Shown piece after piece: positions 36,860 through 51,053 of a DNA stretch of 64,000 bases. The notes under the pieces are model-generated. The model searched no databases. It had not been told where the DNA came from and worked only from the letters and a program-made list of their open reading frames with translations. This DNA is from Mobula hypostoma. Taxonomy: Eukaryota. Position 1 is the stretch's first letter, and the number at the start of each line of letters is the position of its first letter. A program made the position numbers and the translations under genes. The stretch spans positions 104,782,001 to 104,846,000 of the forward strand of contig NC_086097.1 in the NCBI RefSeq assembly GCF_963921235.1. Reading direction: 5' to 3'.

Positions 36860-37905
36860 GGAAACCTGTTCTTTGAAGAAGAGCATCACTGATGTTGTTC
36901 AAAGCGCGGAGTTTACTGTCCGCTATCATAGAGGCTACTCTCACCTATGTCTCCTCCACTTCCCGGTCATCCACCCTCAGCATATCTTCCTGCTGCCTGA
37001 ACAGGGACAGAGTTCTTTTTGTTTATCAATTCATCCAGCACATCATTCTCCCCAACTTCCACCATCTACAGCAGGATCCTACCACCAAATTCATCTTTAC
37101 TTCCCCCACTCTCTGCTTTGTGCAGGGATCGTTCCCTCAGTGATTCCCTTGTCCATTTGTCTCTCCCCACGAATCTTTTTTCTGGCACTTAACACTGCAA
37201 GTGGAAGAAATGCTACACCTGCTCATTTACCTCCTCCCTCACCTCCATTCTGGGCCCCAAACAGTCCTTCCAGGTAAGGCTACACTTCGCCTGTGAATCT
37301 GTTGAGGTCATCTAATGTATCAGATTGTCCTAATGTGGTCTTCTCTATGTTGGTGAGACCCAATGTAAATTGTTGAGGGACTTCGTCCATACATAAAAAG
37401 CAGGATTTCCTGGTGGCCAAACATTTCAATTATAATCCCATTCCTATTCTGACCTGTCTGTTCCTGGCTTCCTGTACTGCCATGTTGAGGCCACTGATTG
37501 GAACAGCAACAGCTCATACTCCATGTGTACCTCCAAGCTAATAGCATGAACATCAATTTCTCTAACCTGGTGATTTCCCCTCTCCCTTCCCTCTTCAATT
37601 TCACCATTCTGCCCCCCTTCTTGCCTCTCCTCTTTGCCTACCTATCACCTCCCCTTGGCGCACCTCCTTCCCTTTCTCCCATGATCCCTTCTCCTCTCCT
37701 GTCAGATTCCTCCTCCAGCCCTTTTCCACCTATCACCTCCCAGCTTCTCACTTCATCCTCCCTTCTTCGCACCTTATTTTGGCCTCTTCCCTGTTCCTTT
37801 CCAGTCCTAATGAAGGGTCTCGATCCAAAATCCCAACTGCTTATTTATTTTCACAGATGCTGCCTGGTCTGTTGATTTCCTCCAGTATTTTGTGTGTTGC
37901 TTTCG
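36860..37905 (+). mobile_element. Degraded Penelope-like element 3' half
   Basis: Remnant GIY-YIG text (ctctatgttggtgagacc = LYVGET, ttggaacagcaacagctcatactc, atgaacatcaatttctctaac) and a pLTR with a mutated hammerhead (ccagtcctaatgaagggtctcgatccaaaa) at ~37801. Confidence 0.75.
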
Positions 37906-38319
37906 ATCCATTTTGCTATCTTGCCCCAGGTCCCATGGGTCGGGTCCTCACATTTGTGGGACTTTGAAGACTTGCTTAGGTCCATGTAACCATATTTATT
38001 CCACCGATTTCATCAGTACACTTTTGTTAGTTCTTCAAAAACTTTGTCAGATTGGTCACACAGGACCTGACTTGCTGTGATATTAAATCCTCTCCCTTGT
38101 AATTTTTTCCACAGTTTTTCTTGGAAAGGAGGACAGTATTTTCTGTCCTCCAGTTATCTAGTACCTCACTTGTAGTCAATTAAAGATGTAGAGAGAAAAC
38201 TTTTAGCAATCTCTATTGCTGAGTGGCTGCAATCTCTTCCCTTTCTTGTGCTGTTCTGACACGTGCTCTGAACAGTCTTCATAAAAATAGGGTTTTCTGA
38301 TGGATGACAGAGCAGTGTA

Positions 38320-41300
38320 TATAGAAACGTAGAAAACCTACAGCACAATACAGGTTAATCGACCCACAAAGCTGTGCTGAACGTGTCCTTACCTTAGAAC
38401 TACTGAGGCTTACTCATAGCCCTCTATTTTTCTAAGCTCCATGTATCCATCCAGGAGTCCCTTAAAAGACCCTATTGTTTCCACCTCCACCACTGCCGCC
38501 GGCACCCCATTCCACGCACTCACCACCCTCTGCGTATAAAAAAAAACCTAGTCCTGACATCTGCTCTGTACCTACTTCCAGGCACCTTAAAACTATGACC
38601 TCTCATGCTAGCCATTTCAGCCCTGGGAAAAAAGGCTCTGACTATCCACACGATCAATGCCTCTCATTATCTTGTATACCTTATCAGGTCACCTCGCATC
38701 CTCTGTTGCTCCAAGGAGAAAAGGCCGAGTTCACTCAACCTATTCTCATGAGGCATGCTCCCCAATCCAGGCAACATCCTTGTAAATGTACTGTGCACCC
38801 TTTCTATGGTTTCCTTCTATCCTTCCTGTAGTGCGGCGACCAGAGCTGAGCGCAGTACTCCAAGTGGGGTCTGACCTATATAGGGTCCTATATAGCTGTA
38901 ATATTACCTCTCGACTCCTAAACTCAATCTCACAATTGATGGATGCCTTCTTAACGACAGAATCACCCTACGCAGCAGCTTTGAGTGCCTATGGACTCAG
39001 ATTCCAAGATCCCTCTGATCCTCCACACTTACCATTAATACTATATTCTGTCATCATATTTGACCTACCAAAATGAACCACCTCACACTTGTCTGGGTTG
39101 AACTCCATTTGCCACTTCTCAGCCCAGTTTTGCATCGTTATCAATGTCCCGCTGTAACCTCTGACTATCCACAACACCCCCAATCATGTGTCATCAGCAA
39201 ATTTACTAACCTATCCCTCCACTTCCTCATCCAGGTCATTTATAAAAATCACAAAGAATAGGGGTCCCAGAACAGATCCCTGAGGCACACCACAGGTCAC
39301 TGTCCTCCATGCAGAATATGACCCGTCTGCGACCACTCTTTGCCTTCCGTGAGCAAGCCAGTTCTGGATCCACAAAGCAATGTCCCCTTGGACCCCATGC
39401 CTCCTTACTTTCTCAATAAGCCTTGCATGGGGTACCTTATCAAATGTCTTTCTGAAATCCATATACACTACGTCTGCTGTTCTACCTTCATCAATGTGTT
39501 TAGTCACATCCTCAAAAAAATCAATCAGGCTCATAAGGCATGACCTGCCCTTGACAAAGCCATGCTGACTGCACCTAATCATATTATACCTCTCCAAATG
39601 TTCATAAATCCTGCCTCTCAGGATCTTCTCCATCAACTTACCAACCACTGAAGTAAGACTCACTGGTCTATAATTTCCAGGGCTATCTCTGCTTCCTTTC
39701 TTGAATAAGGGAACAACATCTGCAACCCTCCAATCCTCCAGAACCTCTCCTGTCCCCATTGATAATTCAAAGATCATCGCCAGCGGCTCAGCAATCTCCT
39801 CCCTTGCTTCCCATAGTAGCCTGGGGTACATCCCGTCCGGTCCTGGTGACTTATCCAACTTGATGCTTTCCAAAAGCTCCAGCACATCCTCTTCCTTAAT
39901 ATCTACATGCTCAAGCTTTTTAGTCCACTGCAAGTCATCCCTACAATCGCCAAGATCCTTTTCCATAGTGAATACTGAAGCAAAGTATTCATTAAGTACC
40001 TCCGCTAATTCCTCCGGTTCAATATACACTTTTCCATTGTCACGTTTGATTGGTCCTATTCGCTCACGTCTTATCCTCTTGCTCTTCACATACTTGTAGA
40101 ATGCCTTGGGGTTTTCTTTAATCCTACTGGGCCTTCTGATGGCCCCTTCTGGCTCTCCTAATTTCATTCTTAAACTCCTTCCTGCTAGTCTTAATCTTAT
40201 AGATCTCTATCATTACCTAGTTTCTTGAACTTTTTTTAAGCTCTTCTTGACTAGATTTACAACAGTCTTTGTACACGGTTCCTGTACCCTACCATCCTTT
40301 CCCTGTCTCATTGGAAAGTATCTACGCAGAACCCAACACAAATATTCCTTGAACTTTTGCCATATTTCTTCCATACCTTTCCTTCAGAACATCTGTTTCC
40401 AATTTATGCTTTCAAGTTCCTCCAATTAACTGTTTCCCGAACTTGTCTGTTCCTTTCCCTCTCCAATGCTATGGTAAAGGAAATAGAATTGTGATCACTA
40501 TCTCCAAAGTGCTCTCCCACTGAGAGACCTGACCAGGTTCATTTCCCAATACCAAAGCAAGTACAGTCTCTTCTCTTGTAGGCTTATATACATATTGTGC
40601 CAAGAAACCTTCCTGAACACACCTAACAAACTCCAACCCATCTAAACCCCTCACTCTAGGGAGATGCCAATCAATATTTGGGAAATTAAAATCTCCCACC
40701 ACAACAACCCTGTTATCATCACGGCTTTCCAGAATCTGTCTTCCTATATGCTCCTCGATGTCCCTGTTACCATTGGGTGGTCTATAAAAAAAAAAACACC
40801 CAGGAGAGTTATTGACCCCTTCCTATTCCTTACTTCTACCCACAGAAACTCCGTAGACAGCCCCTCCATGACTTCCTCCTTTTCTGCAACCGTGACACTG
40901 TCTCTGATCAAAAGTGCCATGCCTCCACCTCTTTTGCCTCCCTCCCTGTCCTTTCCGAAACCTCTAAAGCCTGGCACTTAAAGTAGCTATTCCTGCCCCT
41001 GCATCATCCAAGTCTCTGTAATGGCCACAACATCATAGCTCCAAGTGCTCATCCACGCTCTAAGCTCATCTGCTTTATTCATAATACTCCTTGCATTAAA
41101 ATCGATACATCTCAAACCATCGGTCTGAGTGTGTCCCTTCTCTAAAACCTGCTTATCCTCCCTTTTGCACTGTCCCCAAGCTTTCTCCATTTGTGAGCCA
41201 AACCTCCCTTTCCTCCGTCACTTCAGTTCAGTTCCCACCCCCCAGCAATTCTAATTTAAACTCTTCCCAATAGCCTTTGGAAACCTCCCCACCAGGATAT

Positions 41301-42380
41301 TGGTCCCCCGGGATTCAAGTGCAGCCCATCGTTTTTGTACAGATCACACCTGCCTCAGAAGAGGTCCCAATGATCTAGAAATCTGAATCCCTGCCCCCTG
41401 CTCCAATCTCTCAGCCACACATTTATCTTCCACCTCATTCTATTCCTATACTCACTGTCAAGTGGCACAGGTATTGATTCTGAGATGACTATCTTTGTGG
41501 TCCTACTTCTCAACTTCCTTCCCAACTCCCTGTAGTCTGCTTTCAGGACCTCCTCCCTTTTCCGACCTATGTTGTTGGTACCAATATGTACCACGACCTC
41601 TGGCTGTTCTCCTTCCCATTTCAAGATATCGTGGACACGAACAGAAACATCCTGGACTCTAGCACCTGGGGGGCAAACTACCATCCGCGTTTATTTCCTG
41701 CATCCACAGAATTGCCTGTCTGACCCCCTAACTAGAGAGTCCCCTATTCTCTTCCTTTCCCTGCCCTTCTGAGGTACAGCACCAAACTCTGTGCTAGAGG
41801 TGCGACCACTATTGCTTCCCCCAGGTAGGCAGTCTCCCCCAACAGTACTCGAACAGGAGTACTTATTGTTAAGGGGGACAGCCACGGGGGTACTCTCTAG
41901 CACCTGCTTCTTGCCCTTCCCTCTCCAGCCACTTATCCGTCTCCCCTGGCCCCAGAGTGCCTACCTGCCTATAGCTCCTCTCTATCACCTCCTCGCTCTC
42001 CCTGACCAGACTAAAGTCATCGAGCTGCACTTCCAGTTCCCGAACGCAGTTCCTAAGGAGCTGCAGCTCGACGCACCTGGTGCAGATGTGGCCATCCGGG
42101 AGGCTGGGAGTCTCCAGGGCTTCCCACATCTGACACTGAGCACAGAAAACTGGCCTCTCACACATACTTTCTGTCTGTATTTTAAACAGATAACCTACCT
42201 CACCTCAACCCATTATCACCAAAGCCCCGTTGAGGCAAAGCCTTCCTACTCTGTCTCTGTCTCCCTCTCCTCCAAAGCCCGCTCTGTTAAGCTGTCTTCT
42301 TGTAAACGCTTCCCACTGTTCTCACTGGCCTACCTCCACGTGCTTGTGCAGTCGTGCCCCGTTCAAATTGCTGAAGAAAT
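38320..42380 (-). mobile_element. Near full-length CR1 LINE (ORF1 Cys-rich region and SGNH esterase, ORF2 APE-RT), disrupted
   Basis: ORF1 CAQCQMWE...HICTRC, IGDSLVRG and VVHIGTNN. APE NARSIMNK, AITETW and GDFNFP. 318-aa RT ORF at 39211-40167. 3' tail at ~38320. Confidence 0.95.
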
Positions 42381-42399
42381 ATGGTGGATCATGAGGTTG

Positions 42400-43140
42400 C
42401 AGAATAACTGAACATACTTCTGAAGGCCCACCGTGTCTCATGGATGCCAGGCTCTGAGGTGTTAGATCTTTTCAAACTCTGCCCAATTTAGCACAGTGGT
42501 ATTGCCACACAAGATGTAATGTACTTTTACTGTAGAAATGTGATTTTTATTTTCATAAGCACCGTGCAGTGGTCACTCCTAACAATACTGTCATGAACAG
42601 GTACATCTGAGATAAGATGATTGACAAGAAGATGATAGTTTTCCCCTCACCTCCTGCTGCAGACCCAGTCAAACAGCATTGCCCTTTAGAACTGAGCCAG
42701 TTCAGTCAGTGGTAGTGCTACTGAGACACTCTTGGTGATGAGCACCCAACCAGTGTGCATCTTTATCACTGTCGGTGCTTCCAAGTGATATTCCACACGG
42801 AATGGCATTGATTCATCAGCAGAGGGGGAGGGGTGATAGGTGGATCAATAGAACATTTCCATGCCCAAGTTTAACCTGATGCCTTGGTGTTCAGGACACA
42901 AGGAGAGTTCTCTCCTAACTGTAGGCCATCATGCTGCCTCTTCTGCCGTGTTTGTCTTGCTGTTGGACAGGGCATAGCAAGGGATTGAGATGGTGGTTTC
43001 TGAAAAGTTGACTGTAAGATGTGATTCCATAAGTATGACCATGTCAGGCTATTTGCTTTACCACTCAGTGAGACAGCTCACCCATTTCTGACCCCCAGCT
43101 GCTCGTAAGAAGGACTCTGCAGGGTCAACAGGGCAGTTTT
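42400..43140 (-). mobile_element. Very degraded LINE APE-endonuclease fragment of another family
   Basis: Minus-strand remnants resembling PETTISIP.Y and HHQE.L.STTTD. Confidence 0.45.
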
Positions 43141-43787
43141 TGGAGTCCATAAGGTATAGGAGCCGAATTAGGCAATTGGCCCATTGAGTTTGCTCCGCCA
43201 TTACATCATGGCCCAGCCCTAATCTCCTACTATCTCCCTATATCTCTTCATGCCCTGACCTATCAAGAATCTATTGACCTTTGCCTTAAATGAACATAAA
43301 GATTTGGCCTCTGCAGCTGCCTGGAGCGATGAATTCCACAGATTCACTACTCTCTGGCAAAAGAAATACCTCTTCATCTCCATTCTAAAAGAACGCCCCT
43401 CTATTTTGAGGCTGTGTCCTCTCGTCTTAGACTCTTTCAGCATAGGAAACATCCTTTCTACATCCACTCTTATCAAGGCTTTTTACCATTCAATAGGTCA
43501 CCCTTCATCCTTCTGAATTCCAGTGAATACAGACCCAGAGCCATCAGACAAGCCACTCAATCCTGGAATCATATTCATGAACCTCCTTTGAATACTCCAA
43601 TTCAGCTCATCCTTTCTAAAGTAACCAGGCCAAAACTGATCACAGTACTCCAAGTGAGGCCTTGCCAGTGCTTTATAAAGTTTCAACATTGCAGACTTGC
43701 GTTTATATTCTAGTCCTCTTGAAATGAATGGTAACATCACATTTGCCTTCCTCACCACAGACTCAACCTGCAAATTAACCTTTAGGG

Positions 43788-46466
43788 CAGGGGTGTCAAA
43801 CTCATTTTAGGTCACGGGCCGGATTGGGCAAAATGCGACTTCATGCAGGCCAGATCAGTTGTGCATACGTGCGTGCTCCCACAGCTTTCGTTGCCTTCGT
43901 TTTTTCAACCTGCTCTCATGTGTCTCAGTCTCTCAGTCTCTGCTATAACTACAAAGTGTTTCACTTTACAAACTTTGTTTCTGATGAAGAAGATTGCCTA
44001 GCAAGCATTATTTTTATGATTGGTATTAACTTAGTCGTAGGCTACAAGAAAGTTGTGATGAGAGAGAGAAAAAAACGATGCTATTTTGACTAAGATTGTT
44101 TTGGGAGCCACACCCTTTCCATTAATAAACTATTTGAAATCGAACATTAGCAGACACAAATGTAGACCTAACAAAACAAATTGTAAATGTAGGCTACACA
44201 ACTGTACCTAATTTTTATTAGCCTGCTTCCAGCAATCAAACTCAATGAACACAGTTAGCCTCTAATTTTTATTGAATTGATCACACTTACGATAATAGAA
44301 TAGTCAGAAAATGAATGAATCACAATATTATGACGCTCAATATTTCATAATGCATTTTGCTTACATGTCGCAGTGCATCGAACAGTGTCACTCATTTTTC
44401 ATTTGCTGCTTCCAGACACCTGACATCTCTTGGCTTTAACCAGTCTGTCAACATCAGGGACCAGTTTCTGGGCAGTTATGATTTTCATAACGTCATTTAG
44501 ATGTCTGTGTGTCAGCTGCGAGCGCAGTTTGGATTTGTTAATGTTCGTTATGGAGAACGCCTGCTCACAGAGATATGTTGTCCCAAACATGCAAAGGGTC
44601 TTTGAGGCAAAGTCTGTCATTTTGGGGTACATCGGTCCCAGGTATTGATAGAATGAGTCCAGACCCACAGTCTCAAATTTATATTTCAAAGCCGAGTTAC
44701 ATTGAATTTCAATTAGTTCCATTTGGAGTTCCTCCGGTACATCTGATGCTGCGTTGACGGCAACCAGCGAGCAAAATAGTGAGAATTCCTTCTCGAGCGG
44801 AGTGAAGACTTAGAAATGATTCTGAAACTGGCTTTTCAGCCGTGATATGTTGTCATTATTCCCATTGAAAGGCACTGATGTTGTCGTTGTATTCCTTAAC
44901 AAGTTTGTTGCAGCCTTGCTTGTTAACATTAAGCACATTTAAGTGCTCTGCTATATGCACCAAAAATGCAAGACCATGAAACCAGTCTGGGTAATCCAAC
45001 TCTGCCACTAGCTTCCCTTTCTTGTTCATGGATAGTCCAATTTCCACACGTAATTGAAAAACACGTGAGAGCCCAACCCCTGTGCTCAACCAGCATACTT
45101 CAGTGTGGTAGGGTAGGCCATGTACAATATTACTTTTGGACAAAAGAGTGTCAAAATGCCAATGGTTGAGTCCCTTGGCTCTAATAAAATTAACCGTTTT
45201 GATTGCTACATCCATGACATTGTCTATTTTCAGGCTCCTGCTACATAATGCCTCTTGGTGTATAATACAATGAAAATTCCAGAATTCCTGCTGTGGATTC
45301 TCTGTCTGAACTTTCTCTCTGAGTTTCGCAATAACACCTGCCTTTTTCCTGACCATGGACGGTGTGCCATCTGTTGCCACGCTGACAGAGTGACTCCAGT
45401 CAACCCCCAGTCTGTCCAAGACCTCGGCGAGGCTGGGGAAAACGTCGTTCGCCATTGTGGTGTTTGTCATGGGCACAATCTCCACAAACTCCTCGGTGAC
45501 AGTCAAAGATGCATCAACACCACGACTAAATAATCCCAATTGAGCTACATGAGTCACGTCGGTACTCTCATCAATTGCAATAGAGAAGGCAAGAAATGAC
45601 TTCACTTTGTCTTTTAGTTGACTGTTCAAATCTGCTGCAAGGTCCCTGATTCTCTGTGCCACAGTATTTCTTGACAAGCTGATAATACCAAAAGCCTGTC
45701 TCTTCTCAGGGCACACCAGCTCAGCCGCCGTCAGCATGTATGCTTTGATGAATTCCCCCTCTAAGTATGGCTTCGACGCAGCAGTTATTTTGTTGGCAAT
45801 AATATAACTGGCCTTGACAACTCCATCATGAGTCTCTCGACTTCTGGTGAACACTGATTGCTGTTTTCTCAGAGCTGCTTCAAGCTCGTTTATCTTTTGC
45901 GTTCTGAGTTGTCCTGCGTACTTGTCATATTTTTCTCAGTGTGACATCTCATAGTGTCGTTTGACATTGTACTCTTTTGCCACAGCCACTTGCTGTGATC
46001 ATATCAGACACACAGGTTTGCCGTTGACCTCACAGAAGAGAAAACGATCTTTCCAATTATCGTTGAATATCCAACCTTCGATGTCAACTTTTCTTTTCTT
46101 GGAAAGCATTTTGAACCGCAGCAGCAGCAGTAGTCTCAGCCTTGCTACAGGTGTTACTTACCTGAGTACTCTGTGTTTATACTGTGTCTGATGACGTAAG
46201 TGGGGCCCTAGTGGTCTTCAGTGCAGGGTGGTAGGTGCTTATGCACAGCGGGCGGTTAACTGCCACCTATCATTTTCTAAGTACACAGAGCAAGCTGCCG
46301 GCGCAGCAGGCGGCACACACAGTGGCGGGAGAGAGAGCGGCTGCCGTACAGATACATAATAAATGGTCGTGAATATATATTTTTTTCCCTCAAGTCATCC
46401 CGTGGGCTGGATTGGACCCCTTTGCGGGCCGGATGTGGCCTGCAGGCCGATAGTTTGACACCCCTG
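43788..46466 (-). mobile_element. hAT-Charlie (SPIN/OC1/GTF2IRD2-like) DNA transposon, full length, 2679 bp
   Basis: Perfect 15-bp TIRs CAGGGGTGTCAAACT (43788-43802 and 46452-46466) and 8-bp TSD CTTTAGGG (43780-43787 and 46467-46474) with a central TA. Confidence 0.96.
44399..46109 (-). pseudogene. Disrupted hAT transposase
   Basis: Starts MLSKKRKVD...KPVCLI*...EYNVKRHY. Motifs SIAIDESTD, VATDGTPSM, HCIIHQEALC and FGTTYLCEQAFS. Contains in-frame stops and frameshifts. Confidence 0.92.
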
Positions 46467-47213
46467 CTTTAGGGGATCCTGCACGAGGACTTCCCAAGTG
46501 TCTCTGCACCTCAGTTTTTTGTATGTTCTCTCCATTTCGAAAATAGTCAGCTCTTTCATTTCTTCTACCAAAGTATATGACCATACACTTCCCGACACTG
46601 TATTTCATCTGACATTTCTTTGCTCGTTCTATAATCTAAGTCCTTCTATAGCTTCTCTATTTCCTCAAAACAACCTGCCCTCCACCTATCTTTATCATCG
46701 GTAATCTTTGAACAAACCCATTAATTCTATCATCAAATTTATTGGCATATAATGTAAAATGAATCAGTCCCAACACAGACCCCTGTGGAACACCACTAGT
46801 CACTGGGATTCCAACAGAAAAGTCTCCCTTTATTCCCACACTTTGCCTCCTACCAATCAGCCACTGCTTTATCCATGCTAGAATCTTTCCTGTAATACCG
46901 TGGCTTGTTAAGCAGCCTCATGTGTGGCATCTTCTCAAATGCCTACTGAAGATCCAAATACAAACCATCGACCAGTACTCCTCTGTGACCCTGCTTGTAA
47001 TTTCTTCAAAGAATTCCGACAGATTTTTCAGGCAATATTTTCCTCTGAGGAAACCATGCTGACTGCAGCCTATTCAAGTGCCCCAAAACCACATCTTTAA
47101 TAATTGACTCCAACATCTTTAAATTGTCTATTCCCCTGTCTCTACCTTTGCCTTCCTTATAATCGTTGTGTGGCTAGTACTTGGTGATTGAGTAATGTGT
47201 TTTAAATTTTCAG

Positions 47214-47418
47214 GGGAAGTTTCTGATTCAGAAAGGAGTAGCTCATCTTCAAGCTCTGAGTCTTCATCCTCGTCAGAAGAGGAGGAGTTCCACGATGGCT
47301 ATGATGATGACCTCATGGGTGATGAGGAGGACAGAGCAAGGTTGGAACAAATGACTGAGAAGGAACGCGAACAAGAACTCTATAACCGGATAGAAAAACG
47401 AGAGGTGCTGAGGCGTAG
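47214..47418 (+). CDS. RTF1: RTF1 internal coding exon, equivalent to exon 4
   Basis: ttttcAG|GG acceptor and AG|GTGAGA donor. 205 nt encode (G)[67 protein letters not shown](R), the conserved RTF1 [22 protein letters not shown] segment. Phase 1 fits the upstream exon. Confidence 0.96.
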
Positions 47419-47454
47419 GTGAGATGCTGTATAGAGGATCTTTTACACTAAAGA

Positions 47455-48086
47455 ATATTACAGACTCCAAATCGGGTTTAATATCACTGGCAAATTTTGT
47501 GAAGTTTGTTGTTTGGTGGCAGCAGTACAATGCAGTATATAATAAAAAAAACTATATATTACAATAAGAAAAAAATTGCATCAAACGTTAATAAATAAGT
47601 AGTGCAAAAAGAGAGCAAATAAACAGTTGTAAGATAGTGCACATGAGTTCATTGTCCGTTCAGAAATCCAATGACAGATGGAAAGAAGCTGTTTCTAAAA
47701 TGTTGAGTGTATCTCTTCAACCCCTGTACCACCACCTTGATGGTAGCAATGAGCAGAAGGCATGACCTGAGAGATAGGATGATAGATGCATCCTTTTTGA
47801 GGCATCGACTTTGAAGATGATCCTTGATGCTGGGGAGGCTAGTGCTCGTGATGGAGCTGGCTGAGTTTGCAATTTTCTGCAGCAATTGTCGATCTTGTGC
47901 ATACCAGAAGGTGATGCAAACAGTTCGCATGCTACGTGGTACGTATGTAGAAATTTGAGTGTCTTTGGTGACATACCACTTCTCCTCAAACTCCTAGTGA
48001 AATAGTCGCTATTGTGCCTTCTCTGTAATTGCATCAAGGCCCAAGATAGATCCTCAGAGATGTTGACACCCAGGAACTTGAAACTG
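47455..48086 (-). mobile_element. Rex1/Babar-type LINE 3' fragment
   Basis: Minus ORFs with SFKFLGVNISEDLSW and SLPSIKD...FRNSFFPSVIGFLN. Confidence 0.8.
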
Positions 48087-51053
48087 CCTTGGCTGTGCCC
48101 CCATACAGTGCCTCTAAAATGTATTTCCCCCCTCCGTACAGTGCCTCCAAAATGTATTCCCCCTCTGTACAATGTCTCTAAAATGTATGCACCCCATACA
48201 GTGCATGTAAGATGTCCCCCGGTACTGTGCCTGTAAACTGTATCCCCCGTACTGTGCCTGTAAACTGTAACCCCCGTACTGTGCCTGTAAAATGTATCTC
48301 CCGTACTGTGCCTGTAAAATGTATCTCCCGTACAGTGCCTGTAAAATGTATCCCCCGTACAGTGCCTGTAAAATGTATCTCCCCCTGTACAGTGCCTGTA
48401 AAATGTATGTCCCAGGTACAGTGCCTGTAAAATGTGTCCCCCGTACAGTGCCTGTAAAATGTCCCCCGAATAGTTGCTGTAAAATGTATCCACCCGTATG
48501 GTGCCTGTAAAATGTCCCCCCCATACGACACCTGTAAAATGTATCCTCTTGTACAGTGCCTGTAAAATGTATCCCCCCGTACAGTGCCTGTAAAATGTCC
48601 CTCTGCTGAACAGTGCCTATAGAATGTATTTCGCCATATTTGTTGTAAAATGTATCCCTCCCGTACAGCGCCTGTAAAATGTATCTCTCCCCCCCCCATA
48701 CGTTCCCTGTAAAATGTCCCCCCCCGTACAGTGCCTGTAAAATGCATTCCCTCCATACGGGTCCTGTGAAATGCATTCTCCCTGTACGGGTCCTGTAAAA
48801 TGCCCCCACCTGTACAGTGCCTGTATCATGTATCCCCCCCCATATAGTGCCTGTAAAATGTATCCCCCCTGTATGGTCCCTGTAAAATGTATTCTCCCCC
48901 CCCCCCCCCCCGGTACGGTGCCTGTAAAATGTGTCTCTCTTCGCCACCCCCCCCTCCGTACAGTGCCTGTAAAATGTCCCCGTACGTGTACAGTGCCTGT
49001 AAAATGTCTCCCTGTACAGTGCCTCTTAACTGTATCCCCCCGTACAGGGCCTCTAAACTGTATCCCCACTGTACACCACCTGTAAAATTCCCCCCCAGTG
49101 CAGTCCATGTAAAATGTATTTCCCTCCCGTACAGCGCCTGTAAAATGTGTCCCCCGTACATTGCCTGTAACATGTATCTCCCCTGTACAGTGCCTGAAAA
49201 CGTTCCCCCCATACAGTGCCTCTAAACTGTATCCCCACCTGAGAGTGCCTGTAAAATGTTCCTGCCCGTACAGTGCCTTTGAAATGTATCCCCCATACAG
49301 TACCTGTAAAAAGTATCCCCCTGTACAGTACCTATAAAATGAACCCCCGTACAGTGCCTGTAAAATGACCCCCCGTACAGTGCCTGTAAAATGACCCCCC
49401 CGTACAGTGCCTGTAAAATGCATTCTCCCCAGACAGTGCCTGTATAATGCATTCCCCTGTACGGTGCCTGTAAAATGTCTTCCCCGTACAGTGCCTGTAA
49501 AATGCATTGACCCCGTACAGTGCTTGTAAAATGCATTCCCTTTTTACACTGCCTGTAACATGTATACCCCGCTTACAGTGCCTGTAAAATGTCCCCCCCA
49601 GTGCAGTGCTTGTAAAATGTATCCCCCTATACATTGCCTGTAATATGTATCCTCCCCATACAGTGCCTATAAAATGTTCCCCAGTACAGTGCCTGTAAAA
49701 TGCATTCCCCCCTGTACAGCGCCAGTAAAATGTTCCCCCCCCCGTACACTGCCTGTAACATATATACCCTGCTTACAGTGCCTGTAAAATGTCCCCTCGT
49801 ACAGTGCCTGTAAAATGTACCCAGGTACGGTACCTATAAAGTTTATTCCCCCACCCCCCATACGGTGCCTGTAAAATGTCCCCGTACCTGTACAGTGCCT
49901 GTAAAATGGCTCCCTGTACAGTGCCTCTTAGCTGTATCCCCCCCCATACAGGGCCTCTAAACTGTATCCCCCATGTACACCACCTGTAAAATCCCCCCCC
50001 CAGTACAGTCCCTGTAAAATGTATTTCCCTCCCGTACAGTGCCTGTAAAATGTGTCCCCCATACATTGCCTGTAACATGCATCTCCCCCTGTACAGTGCC
50101 TGAAGACGTCCCCCCCATACAGTGCCTCTAAACTGTATTTCCACCTGAGAGTGCCTGTAAAATGTTTCTGCCCGTGCAGTGCCTGTGAAATGTATCCCCT
50201 GTACAGTACCTGTAAAATGTATCTCCCTTACATTGCCTGTAACATGTAAACCCTCCATTCAGTGCCTGTAAAATGTTCCCCCCCCCCGCCCGTACATTGC
50301 CTGTAACATGTAACCCCTCCATTCAGTGCCTGTAAAATGTTCCCCAGTACGGTACCTATAAAGTGTATTCCCCCACCCCCCCATACGGTGCCTGTAAAAT
50401 GTCCCCGTACCTGTACAGTGCCTGTAAAATGGCTCCCTGTACAGTGTCTCTTACCTGTTCCCCCCCACCGTACAGGGCCGCTAAACTGTATCCCCCCTGT
50501 ACACCACCTGTAAAATCCCCCCCCCAGTACAGTGCCTGTAAAATGTCCCCCCCCGTACATTGCCTGTAACATGTAACCCCTCCATTCAGTACCTGTAAAA
50601 TGTCCCCCCCTGTACACTGTGTGTAACACGTATCCCCCCTGTACAGTGTCTGTGAAATGTCCCCACACCTGTACAGTACCTGTAAAATGTCCCCACACCT
50701 GTACAGTGCCTGTAAAATGTCCCCCCGTACAGTGCTTGTAAAATCTTCCCAGTACAGTACCTATAAAATGTATTCCCCCCCCATACCCCTGTACAGTGCC
50801 TGTAAACGTTCCCCCCATAGAGTGCCTCGAAACTGTATCGTCACCTGAGAGTGCCTGTAAAATGTTCCTGACCGTACAGTGCCTGTGAAATTATCCCCCG
50901 CACAGTGCCTGTAAAATGTATCCCCCTGTACAGTACCTATAAAATGTATCCCCCCCTACAGTGCCTGTAAAGTGTATCCCCCGTACATTGCCTGTAACAT
51001 GTAATCCCTCCATACAGTGCCTGTAAAATGTCCCCCCCCCCCCCCCCCCGGTA

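Larger units (their letters stand above)
43147..47120 (-). mobile_element. CR1 fragment (43147-43787 and 46467-47120) split by a hAT transposon
   Basis: Tail ccataag at ~43147, RPHLEYCDQFW and GVPQGSVLG. Host rejoins across the TSD ctttaggg. Confidence 0.88.

Noticed and set aside
44399..46109. Host gene GTF2IRD2/ZBED-like
   Set aside because: It lies between TIRs and a TSD and contains stops and frameshifts, so it is a dead transposase.
2820..47418. Idea that this is a divergent RTF1 paralogue
   Set aside because: Differences from the recalled human sequence fall in low-complexity regions. Orthology needs synteny or phylogeny, which this window cannot give.
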